Shown: in pieces, positions 8,392 to 17,010 of the stretch | Position numbering within the stretch: position 1 is the stretch's first letter | How the letters are laid out: the number at the start of each line of letters is the position of its first letter | Assembly: GCA_048938855.1 (NCBI GenBank) | Contig: JBHLLT010000029.1 | Coordinates: 1-37,182 of the forward strand | Source of the DNA: Promethearchaeota archaeon | Lineage (GTDB): Archaea; Asgardarchaeota; Lokiarchaeia; Sigyniarchaeales; SOKP01 | Reading direction: 5' to 3' | DNA length: 37,182 nucleotides | Program-made: the position numbers and the translations under genes | The notes under the pieces: model-generated | The model's input: only the letters and a program-made list of their open reading frames with translations | Told to the model about the DNA's origin: nothing | Databases searched by the model: none

Positions 8392-9021
8392 CTAATTTTT
8401 AATCTTAAATGGCTTAAGATCTTGATTTAAAAATTTTACATTTAATAAATCTTTATGCTTTTCTAGAAAGTCAATTTCTTTTTTTTCATCGCGGTATTTA
8501 TCTGGTAACATCTGTGGGATTGTATCAATGATAGGATACCAACGTTTGCATTTACTACAAAATAGTATACCTGTTTTTATTTCAATATCAAGCTTTATTT
8601 TATTGATAAAAAATAATTCAGGTAATATGGTGTCTATTTGATTGAACTTATGTTTTTCGACATATTCTTTGACTCTTGATTTAACTTCAGAATTCAAGAT
8701 TTCAAAGCATCTATTACCTAATTGGTTTTTTCCACATCCGAAAATATTTTCAAATTCTATCAAACTAGAGTATGTTAGGTTAAGATATTTTGTTAATTCT
8801 GTTTTTTGAATAATAATTTTATCTTTGATTAATAATTCATCATCCTCATGATCTATCTCAATTATTCCCTCATTTTTAATAATGGTAATATCTCGATTTA
8901 AATAATTATCAATAATTAATTGAAGCTCTTGTGGTTCATTTTCAAAAGAAAATATATATAGCTTTAACGGGAAAAATTTATCCATTGGACATGCTAAAAT
9001 GTCAAATAACCATGTTTTCAT
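8392..9021 (-). CDS. trm112: Trm112-family methyltransferase activator with large internal insertion
   Basis: N-terminal MKTWLFDILACPMDK and C-terminal EIKTGILFCSKCKRWYPIIDTIPQML halves of the Trm112 fold; ATG at 9021 preferred over TTG at 9042. Confidence 0.85.
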   Translation of the reverse strand: MKTWLFDILACPMDKFFPLKLYIFSFENEPQELQLIIDNYLNRDITIIKNEGIIEIDHEDDELLIKDKIIIQKTELTKYLNLTYSSLIEFENIFGCGKNQLGNRCFEILNSEVKSRVKEYVEKHKFNQIDTILPELFFINKIKLDIEIKTGILFCSKCKRWYPIIDTIPQMLPDKYRDEKKEIDFLEKHKDLLNVKFLNQDLKPFKIKN

Positions 9022-9045
9022 TAACTTTTCCACACAAAGCAATTA

Positions 9046-10923
9046 TTATAATAAGTAACTTCGGAATTGCTGAATCAATTTATCAATTGTTCTATCGATC
9101 TTCTTCTGTCTTTTTTTGAAGTCATCTGATAATTTTAAATATGCTGATCGTGATGGTAATCTTCCTCTTTTATACCGAGTTTCTAAGTGAGATAAACCAT
9201 CTTGAACGCTTGTTCTTTCCGCTTCTAAAACATCCAATTTTTTTATAATGTTATCAAAAATATCACTTGTTTCTGATAACATCTTCTTAAATGGAATAAT
9301 TTCTTCTTGAATAGTCTCTATCTTTGAGTTATTTTTTGTTACAACATTATTATAAGTTTTTTTTGAAACTTTTTTTCGCTTAGCTGATTCTTCAATTTGT
9401 CTAATTTCTAATAATAAAGCATTTTTTTCCTCGAAAAGAGAACAAAATTCTCTGATTTCATCGACTGGTATGTATTCTTTTTTCATAACCGAAGTATCTT
9501 TCTCCTTTTTTCTTGTTTTAACGACGACAACAAATAGTGAGACAATTGAAAGAAAAATTATAATAAAAACGATTGGTCTTAAAAGTAAATTAAAAATATC
9601 TATTGTAAATGTAAACTGTATCACATTATTTTCTCCAGGGGCGACAAAGTCAGAGCTATATTTTATCGATACCATTCCTTGAGAATTTTTAATACCTTCT
9701 GGAGGATCAGTAATATAATCTATTTTATAACAACCATCAACATTAATTGTAATTGTTAGTTCTTTACCTAAGTAATCATAATTTGTTGCTAAGAGATTAA
9801 TTTCAACAGAATCTTGAAGCCAATTAGTAGAAAGATGATTTTCATATGGTAAATAGTATTCAAGATCGAAATTAAAAGATGTATTAGGCAGCATCGTGAC
9901 ACGATTAGATGATAAATCAATTGTAACCCTTTTTTCATCTGATTCCGGGAGGGTAGTTGATGTTACACCTAAAATTTTACCAAGATAATCTGAGACATAT
10001 ACTCCATAAGCAGAAGAAGGTATATATAACATAATATAGCGAGATGATTGAAGCCCTAAATTTTGTATGAGAATACTATCCCGAACTCTTACTATCCCCC
10101 ACGGTGAAACGAAAATTTCACGAGAATTTGTTTGTATTTCTAATTTAGTACTAGCTGCATGCTTAAACCAAAGATTTAGATCTTTATAATCATCTATGTT
10201 TGCTAAAAAAGGTTCAATATAATCAACTCCAATTGTATCTTTTATCCTATCAAAGATATATTCCCTCGCGTTTAGAGTAGGATTATAATCACCCCAGTCA
10301 TCTGTTATATCTTCATCACCTTGAGCAAATTCTGGAAAAAAATAATAAGCTACTACTTCACCTAGAATCTTGTATGGTAGAATTGGGTAAATAATTCCTT
10401 GATAATTAACATAGTGTCCATCTTCAACAATATGTTCATTTGCTGAATCTCTTAAACTGTATTTAAATATAACTGTGCGAGATTGATGTGGTAAGAGTGG
10501 AGATTCTAAATAAATTATAAACATTTCATAGTTATCCATTACCATGTTTGGGCGCTCAATCAATAAAGTATTTTCTGCTTCTAGCGTTTTTTCATTAGCC
10601 CCCTCACTTTCAAAATGTATTACGTTATCTGAATGATCGAGGGGAATTCCAACTAGGATCGAACTAATTGGATTATTATTTCGATTTTTAACGGTTAATA
10701 TATCACGTACTTGTACTACACCATATAAATTTATATCTACTCGTCTATTTACGTAGGTTAGAACTATATTTTCGGCTCCTTCTTGATTCGCAGAATATTT
10801 AGGGTTTAATGATTGCTCTTGATTTGAATAATTAAAATTAGCTACGTTTGGTAGGAATAATAAATTTGTGGATATAAATAAAACAACTGTGAGAATAATA
10901 AGAATTCTTATTCTTTTTAACAT
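9046..10923 (-). CDS. Ribophorin I (Ost1/RPN1)-like oligosaccharyltransferase subunit
   Basis: Signal peptide; two beta-rich domains starting VNRRVDINLYGVVQVRD and REIFVSPWGIVRVRDSILIQN (compare RPN1 R.IEVSHWG); one TM helix; cytoplasmic coiled-coil tail. Confidence 0.82.
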   Translation of the reverse strand: MLKRIRILIILTVVLFISTNLLFLPNVANFNYSNQEQSLNPKYSANQEGAENIVLTYVNRRVDINLYGVVQVRDILTVKNRNNNPISSILVGIPLDHSDNVIHFESEGANEKTLEAENTLLIERPNMVMDNYEMFIIYLESPLLPHQSRTVIFKYSLRDSANEHIVEDGHYVNYQGIIYPILPYKILGEVVAYYFFPEFAQGDEDITDDWGDYNPTLNAREYIFDRIKDTIGVDYIEPFLANIDDYKDLNLWFKHAASTKLEIQTNSREIFVSPWGIVRVRDSILIQNLGLQSSRYIMLYIPSSAYGVYVSDYLGKILGVTSTTLPESDEKRVTIDLSSNRVTMLPNTSFNFDLEYYLPYENHLSTNWLQDSVEINLLATNYDYLGKELTITINVDGCYKIDYITDPPEGIKNSQGMVSIKYSSDFVAPGENNVIQFTFTIDIFNLLLRPIVFIIIFLSIVSLFVVVVKTRKKEKDTSVMKKEYIPVDEIREFCSLFEEKNALLLEIRQIEESAKRKKVSKKTYNNVVTKNNSKIETIQEEIIPFKKMLSETSDIFDNIIKKLDVLEAERTSVQDGLSHLETRYKRGRLPSRSAYLKLSDDFKKRQKKIDRTIDKLIQQFRSYLL

Positions 10924-11078
10924 AATTTTATAAATTGTCCTAAAAATTATCTAAAATTAATGAAAATAATTAATAAAAACTTATGAAATTTTTTTTTATG
11001 TGTTGAAATAAAATTTTAAATGTTTTCAGTTATTTATATAATAAGTCATTTTAAAAAATTCAATATTTGGTTTTAGCA

Positions 11079-11300
11079 ATGTCAACAAGAGGAACTGAGT
11101 CGAGACGAAAAAAAAGAAGAAGCGGATCTGCTCCCATGCCTATGGGAGGAGCAGGATTAATGAGATTTTTTCAAGATAGTTCAGTGGGGATAAAAGTAGG
11201 TCCAGTTATTCCAATAATTTTAGCTGTATCTCTGATTGTTATCGTAATATTAGCACGTACCCCTATTCTTGGTTGGATATTCACTCCAGGTGGAGGGTAA
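11079..11300 (+). CDS. sec61b: Preprotein translocase subunit Sec61beta
   Basis: Basic N-terminus, AGLMRFFQD..GIKVGP motif and a single C-terminal TM helix; ATG at 11079 preferred. Confidence 0.92.
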   Translation: MSTRGTESRRKKRRSGSAPMPMGGAGLMRFFQDSSVGIKVGPVIPIILAVSLIVIVILARTPILGWIFTPGGG

Positions 11301-11348
11301 TATTTTCTTCGTTATTTCTAAACAAATTTTTGTTATTCACTAGATAAA

Positions 11349-11642
11349 ATGAAAATTTCAGAATTTCAGAATTTAATTAAAGATCTTTACTATAAGCAGG
11401 ATAAAAATAGAGGAGTACAGGGTACATTTATTTGGTTGGTGGAGGAAATTGGTGAATTTGCTCGGATTTTAAGAAGTAAAGAAATTGATATCAAAAATGT
11501 TTCAGAAGAACTAGCAGATATAATTGCTTGGACAAACTCATTAGCAAATTTATTTGATATTGATCTAGAATCAGCAATTTCAAATAAATATCCTGATTTA
11601 TGTCTTAGATGTAATTCAAAACCATGTAAGTGTGACAAATAA
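11349..11642 (+). CDS. MazG-like nucleotide pyrophosphohydrolase
   Basis: WLVEEIGE...EELADIIAW motif; C-terminal CLRC..PCKC cluster typical of the archaeal subfamily. Confidence 0.88.
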   Translation: MKISEFQNLIKDLYYKQDKNRGVQGTFIWLVEEIGEFARILRSKEIDIKNVSEELADIIAWTNSLANLFDIDLESAISNKYPDLCLRCNSKPCKCDK

Positions 11643-11762
11643 TTTTTACCACATCAGTTTTAAATGAAAATTATCAAGAATCAATATAAATGTCACATTT
11701 CCAGATAAAAATATATTACTTACAAAAAAAAATAAATCCTTATCATCATTTTTGTGTTTGCA

Positions 11763-12866
11763 ATGAGCTTTTTTGGAAAAAGAATTTGGATTGACATCGA
11801 GCAGCCAAAAACCGCAATAATGTTTAAATCACTCTGGAAGATGTTTCAAAATGAAGGTGCAGAGTTACTAATTACTGCAAGAGATTATGATTCGACATAT
11901 CAAATTCTAGATAATTCTGATGTGATATATGCTAAAATAGGAAGACATGGTGGTAATAAATTAGAAAATAAGTTAGAAACTTATATAGATCGTTTAAAAC
12001 AACTTTTTCCCATAATAAAAAAATTCTCCCCGGATTATTTCGTTACTTTTTTATCAATTGAAGGGACTAGAATTGCTTATGGATTAAACATTCCTTCAAT
12101 CGCTATGAATGATGAACCTCGAAATAAACCTGTATGCAAGTTAATACATCCATTTATAGATAATGTTATCACACCCAAATGTATACCAAAAGAATTATAT
12201 ATTAATCTTTATGCTGATCCAGAAAAGATTATCAGATATAATGGTCTTGATGAAATTGCTTGGATTTCAGAATATTCTCCCAATCCCGAAATTCTAAAAG
12301 ATTTTAATATACAAAAAGGAAAATATGTATTAATAAGGACTGAGCCAACTCATGCTTCTTACTTAATCCAAAAGATTAGACCAGAAGAAACTCAAATAAA
12401 GGAATTTTTCCCACAAATTTTTAAAGAGTTTCCTAATTACAAATATTTTTTGTTGGTTCGTTCAAAAGAACAGGAAGAATTTCTCTCTAAAGGACTCAAA
12501 ACTCTTTCTAATAATAAAAATATAATTATAACTCACTATCTTCCAAATATTGTAGATTTTTGTTTCTATGGAGCATTAGTCATTAGCGGGGGTGGCACAA
12601 TTGTGAGAGAATCGAGTTTATTGAATGTGCCAAGTATAGAATTCTTCCCTGGGGAATCTGCGCCACAAGAAATGTTTTTAATAGAAAACGGATTTCCGCT
12701 TGAACATATCAGAGATTCAAACATTATATCTAATAAGGCTATTGAAATTCTTAGTCAGGGTCCTACAGCAGAAAGATTTAAGCTCAGTTCATTTAAACGG
12801 AAAATAAACCAATTTGAAAATCCTAATAAAATTTGTTTTAATTTTCTTAAGGAAAATTTGGAGTAA
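11763..12866 (+). CDS. DUF354-family predicted glycosyltransferase (GT-B fold)
   Basis: RIWIDI, ITARD, IGRHGG, YNGLDEIAW and ISGGGTIVRESSLLNVPSI motifs; ATG at 11763 preferred over GTG at 11754. Confidence 0.8.
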   Translation: MSFFGKRIWIDIEQPKTAIMFKSLWKMFQNEGAELLITARDYDSTYQILDNSDVIYAKIGRHGGNKLENKLETYIDRLKQLFPIIKKFSPDYFVTFLSIEGTRIAYGLNIPSIAMNDEPRNKPVCKLIHPFIDNVITPKCIPKELYINLYADPEKIIRYNGLDEIAWISEYSPNPEILKDFNIQKGKYVLIRTEPTHASYLIQKIRPEETQIKEFFPQIFKEFPNYKYFLLVRSKEQEEFLSKGLKTLSNNKNIIITHYLPNIVDFCFYGALVISGGGTIVRESSLLNVPSIEFFPGESAPQEMFLIENGFPLEHIRDSNIISNKAIEILSQGPTAERFKLSSFKRKINQFENPNKICFNFLKENLE

Positions 12867-12878
12867 ATGTAAAAATAC

Positions 12879-13991
12879 TTAAATTTGATTCAAAAATTGA
12901 TGATACACATTTTCAAGTTTTTTTCCAACTGCATTCCAAGTATATTTTTTTATAAAATTTTGAGCTTTTTCTATAAGATCCTTTCTTTTGAGATCGTCTT
13001 TCAATAATGATACTATTTCTATTGCTAAACGTGAAGGGTTTTTAGGGGGCACAAATATTGCATTATCCTGCAATACTTCTTTATAGGCATGAATTGAAGA
13101 ACAAATCACGGGAGTCCCACAAGCAATTGCTTCGATTGGAGTCAAACCAAAGCCTTCAGAAGCATAAGAATATGTTACAAAAATATCTCCCATTGAATAA
13201 TAGATGGGAATTTCTTCTTCTGCTACGAAACCCACAAAGTAAATATCTTTATATTTATATTGCCAATCTTTATAAATTTTCTCCATAGAAAAATCCGGCT
13301 TACCTCCAATCACCAAATTAAGGTTTGGGATTTCTTGTTTTGCTATTTGATAAGCTTTTATGATATCATGAACTCCTTTATATTTTGCTATACGGCCTAA
13401 ATATAATATTATCGGTCCTTCAATATTTAGCTTCGTTTTTAATTCTTGAGCTTTATTTGGAAGTGATTTGAATTTTTCTTCAATTGCAGAGTAAAGATTA
13501 AAAATGCGATTAACATTAGCATCGGGCATGTAATATTTAATCTGATTTTTTATCGATTCAGCACAGGTGGTGATAAATGTTGATTTGTTAATCGCGTATT
13601 TTATCAGTAGTTTTTCTAATGGTAATCTCGTAAATGTTGTTTCGAATGGACCTAAATCATGAATTGTTGTTATAAATTTTTTTTGTCTCGATAGAACTAT
13701 AGGTATTACCCCTTTAGGACCGTTAGCATGAATAATATCAAATTTATGCCTCTTAAGGTAATTTCTAGCGTACAAATTGAATTGAGGAAACCATAAAAAG
13801 CGTTTCCTTATAATATCGATTTGATATATATTAGGATCTGAAAAACTAAAGTTCCATTTAGCAGTAACCAATTTAACATTATGACCCTGTTCTTTTAAAT
13901 AATTGTAGATCCCCCTAAAGAATTTAGCTGCTCCATCTTGACTATCAGGAGCAAATGTTAAAGAAACAAGGCAAATATTTAATTTATCCAT
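12879..13991 (-). CDS. Glycosyltransferase family 4
   Basis: DIIHAN, ITTIHDL, YLGRIAKYKG and EGFGLTPIEAIACGTPVI (EX7E) motifs. Confidence 0.93.
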   Translation of the reverse strand: MDKLNICLVSLTFAPDSQDGAAKFFRGIYNYLKEQGHNVKLVTAKWNFSFSDPNIYQIDIIRKRFLWFPQFNLYARNYLKRHKFDIIHANGPKGVIPIVLSRQKKFITTIHDLGPFETTFTRLPLEKLLIKYAINKSTFITTCAESIKNQIKYYMPDANVNRIFNLYSAIEEKFKSLPNKAQELKTKLNIEGPIILYLGRIAKYKGVHDIIKAYQIAKQEIPNLNLVIGGKPDFSMEKIYKDWQYKYKDIYFVGFVAEEEIPIYYSMGDIFVTYSYASEGFGLTPIEAIACGTPVICSSIHAYKEVLQDNAIFVPPKNPSRLAIEIVSLLKDDLKRKDLIEKAQNFIKKYTWNAVGKKLENVYHQFLNQI

Positions 13992-14015
13992 TTTTGATAT
14001 TTTCTATATGTTAGA

Positions 14016-14993
14016 TTAAGTTAATTGTTCAAATGCGGTTTCAGTTACCAAGATAGTCTCTTCAATTTGGGCTACATAGACTCCTTTTTTTTCTGCTAGA
14101 ACATTATGAGCTTGTAATTTGCCCTGTTGTACTAATTCTTGTAACCCAAAAGCTACACCTAACCTGAATTCTTTTGCCAACCATCTTTCAGCAAATGGTA
14201 ATGTTTTGTAATTTTTATTAATAAATCCTAAGATTTGCTTAGAAGTTTTTCTGCGCAACGGTACTCTACCTGAATAAGGATTAATTTCATATATGTATGA
14301 GGATGGAGTGTTATGTACAGACCCTTCACCCGTACTGGCAAAAATTTCAATTGAAAAAACTTCCCCCACTTCCATCACATCTCCTCCTTGAGAGCCTAAT
14401 TCAGGTAACTGTTTTTTTCCATGAACCGTCCATCTTTCAATTTGATGCCCTCCTAATTCTCTAATTGGATTATATTTAAATCCTTTGACAATATCTTCAA
14501 TTTTTTTCCCTAAATCTTTGGTATTTGCTTTTGGTTTTACCATCATTTTTGCTGCATCAAAAGCAACCTCGGTAGCTTGAATAATGTTGTTAAGAGCATT
14601 ATCTTCATTAAAATTTACACTAAAAGCAGTATCAACGATAAATCCATCAACATGAACTCCTAAATCAATTTTAACTAGATCATCTTTCATGATCTCAGTT
14701 CCATCATCTTTTATAGGAGATGTATAATGAGCAGCAATGTTATTTATACATATGTTAACAGGAAAAGCACACATTCCACCAAATTCATTGATTTTTGTTT
14801 CAGTTTCAACTATTAAATCATATACATTTGCACCTATTTTGATTTTAGGCCTAATGTATTGCTTTACATCTTGAGCAATTTTCCCCGCTTTTCTAAGAGA
14901 TTCAATTTTATACTTTTCTTCCTCTTCTTTCTCTAAATCTTCCTTACTTTTTTCTTCTTGTATTTCAGATTTTATTTTTTGATTCTCATTCAT
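14016..14993 (-). CDS. map: Methionine aminopeptidase type II
   Basis: AFPVN..INNIAAHYT, KIDLGVHVDG.IVDTA, LGGHQI, EIFAS and LPFAERWL (type II insert) motifs. Confidence 0.96.
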   Translation of the reverse strand: MNENQKIKSEIQEEKSKEDLEKEEEEKYKIESLRKAGKIAQDVKQYIRPKIKIGANVYDLIVETETKINEFGGMCAFPVNICINNIAAHYTSPIKDDGTEIMKDDLVKIDLGVHVDGFIVDTAFSVNFNEDNALNNIIQATEVAFDAAKMMVKPKANTKDLGKKIEDIVKGFKYNPIRELGGHQIERWTVHGKKQLPELGSQGGDVMEVGEVFSIEIFASTGEGSVHNTPSSYIYEINPYSGRVPLRRKTSKQILGFINKNYKTLPFAERWLAKEFRLGVAFGLQELVQQGKLQAHNVLAEKKGVYVAQIEETILVTETAFEQLT

Positions 14994-15040
14994 TAAAATT
15001 ACTAATACGGATTTTGATAAAAATATTTTTTAAATAAGTA

Positions 15041-15062
15041 TTAACTTTATTAATAAAGTTAA
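15041..15062. promoter_or_regulatory. Perfect 22-bp palindrome in the map/roadblock divergent intergenic region
   Basis: TTAACTTTATTAATAAAGTTAA is its own reverse complement; function inferred. Confidence 0.55.
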
Positions 15063-15158
15063 CATTAAATTTAGATCAAAAATAAAAATAAAAATACTAT
15101 TATTATATTATTATCTTATTAGATCATTAACCCACTATTTATCGAAGTTGAAAAAGCT

Positions 15159-15530
15159 TTGAGCGAAAATATCAGCGAACTCATCGATCTTCTAAGGCGA
15201 ATGGAGGCCGTTAACTCAGACATTCAAGGTTCTGCAATAGTAAGTGTTCAAGGGCTTCCTATTTGTTCTGTTCTCGCTAGAGATGTTAATGATGGAATTG
15301 TGAGTGCTATGAGTGCAGCTATTCTTAGTGTTTCTGAACGTGCAGTAGAAGAACTTGCACGGGGAGATCTAAAAAGAATTCTAATTGAAGGGGTTGATGG
15401 AATAATAATTTTATCAAAAGCTGGAGAGAATGCAATTCTCTGTACTCTCGCAAAAAGTGATGCGTCACTAGGGATGGTTTTTTTAAATATCCAAAGCGTT
15501 TCTAAAAAAATAGCAGAATTACTAGATTAA
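15159..15530 (+). CDS. Roadblock/LC7 (MglB-like) domain protein
   Basis: SAIVSVQGLPI, SAMSAAILSVSER, ILIEGVDG and ASLGMVFL pattern; 123 aa, TTG start. Confidence 0.93.
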   Translation: MSENISELIDLLRRMEAVNSDIQGSAIVSVQGLPICSVLARDVNDGIVSAMSAAILSVSERAVEELARGDLKRILIEGVDGIIILSKAGENAILCTLAKSDASLGMVFLNIQSVSKKIAELLD

Positions 15531-15598
15531 CTTTTGATATAATTTATTACAATTAATATAAAATTTCTTATAATCCTTTTTGACCTAATAATCATAAA

Positions 15599-17002
15599 AT
15601 GATATCAAATCAACTTTTTATTGAATTCAAATCAGATTTATTAAAGATAAAAGATCGTAAGAAACTTGAAAAAGCTTACTATGAGAAACTCTCAAAATGC
15701 CTTAAGGCCGGCCAATTTAAAGCTTTTGAACTTTTAATTGATGCTTCAATTGATTTTAATATTTTTATAGAAATTAATAAACTCCACAATAGATTTGAGA
15801 TTATTTCTAAATTACTTCGCAATTGCGTCGATAAAATATCGACAGGTTACCAAACATCAGCATTAGGAGAGATAATAGATATTTTAAGGTTAAGTAATAA
15901 ATATAACCTTGTACATAAAGAAATTAAAGATTCAGAGAGAATTTTTCTTAAACAGTTTAAGGAAAAAAATAAACTCTTTTTAGAAAATTTAAATGATTTA
16001 TTCAACAAACCATCAGATTCATTTATTTTATTTGTTTGTACAAATATTCCACAAGATTTTTATAATTACTTTATAGAAAGTTCAATTTTTGATTTTCCAG
16101 ATCTTGATGGATTAATGGATTATATAAAGAATAGTTTTTTCAATCAATACACTGTCTATGGTCTCAATATTAGAAATTTAAGTTCAATTAAGAAATTTTT
16201 CCTTGACTTGAATAAATACTTAAGTGATAATTCAACTAAAGAGAATGAATTTATAGAAATCAACCTTATTTACAATTACCAATTATTTTATTATGGAATA
16301 GAAGAGGAACATAAACAATTAGTGGAAAAAGTACATCTTGTATCCCCAAAGAATGTTTTAGAAAACATGAGTGAAATATTAGACAAAAATAATTACAATT
16401 TTTATAACTTATCAATGGTTCTTATTGGTGGTTTAGGACCACAAGGTTTAGGCTTTACATATTCTACACCTAGGGGTGAAGTTATTGAAATTTGTTCAGA
16501 CCAAAGTGAGTCTGAAGCGATAATCATAAAATATAAGCAATATCTAAAAAATAAGTTTTTAATAAAGCTAGAAAAAGAATTAACAAATTATGGAATTGAT
16601 AATCGACTTAAAAATAATATTTTAGACTTTTTGTCTGATGTTCTTAATCAAAAGGAAATAATCCACTATTATAAAAAAGAGACTATAATAAAAAAGATCA
16701 AGGAATTTCTAGAGGAACTTGAGGTATTTAAGTTAGATCTTAGATCTAAACTTCAAGATATAATAAATAAGATATCTGCTGCAGTTACTATTATTCTAAG
16801 AAGGATAGAACTTCGGGATCAATATGTTACAAGAATGAACCTTGCAGCGGAAGGCAAGATAAAACCTGAAGACATCGCTAAGTTGACAAGTCTGAAAGGT
16901 AAATCTCATTATGATGTACTACGTGAAAGATTTTTCTTTCAACATATAGTTGATTGGTTTTATGAACTTTATAATACAAAAAAGTTAATAAATGAAAAAT
17001 AA
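15599..17002 (+). CDS. Hypothetical soluble protein
   Basis: 467-aa uninterrupted ORF, mostly helical-looking, with a Gly-rich island GGLGPQGLGFTYSTPRGEVIEICSD; no family recognised. Confidence 0.75.
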   Translation: MISNQLFIEFKSDLLKIKDRKKLEKAYYEKLSKCLKAGQFKAFELLIDASIDFNIFIEINKLHNRFEIISKLLRNCVDKISTGYQTSALGEIIDILRLSNKYNLVHKEIKDSERIFLKQFKEKNKLFLENLNDLFNKPSDSFILFVCTNIPQDFYNYFIESSIFDFPDLDGLMDYIKNSFFNQYTVYGLNIRNLSSIKKFFLDLNKYLSDNSTKENEFIEINLIYNYQLFYYGIEEEHKQLVEKVHLVSPKNVLENMSEILDKNNYNFYNLSMVLIGGLGPQGLGFTYSTPRGEVIEICSDQSESEAIIIKYKQYLKNKFLIKLEKELTNYGIDNRLKNNILDFLSDVLNQKEIIHYYKKETIIKKIKEFLEELEVFKLDLRSKLQDIINKISAAVTIILRRIELRDQYVTRMNLAAEGKIKPEDIAKLTSLKGKSHYDVLRERFFFQHIVDWFYELYNTKKLINEK

Positions 17003-17010
17003 ATATACGA

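Noticed and set aside
11349-11642. MazG-like gene as part of an antiviral defence system
   Set aside because: Context is housekeeping (sec61beta, glycosyltransferases) with no defence genes nearby; nucleotide house-cleaning is the simpler reading.
11688-11700. 13-bp palindrome AAATGTCACATTT upstream of DUF354
   Set aside because: Short, single occurrence noticed; insufficient support for an operator call.
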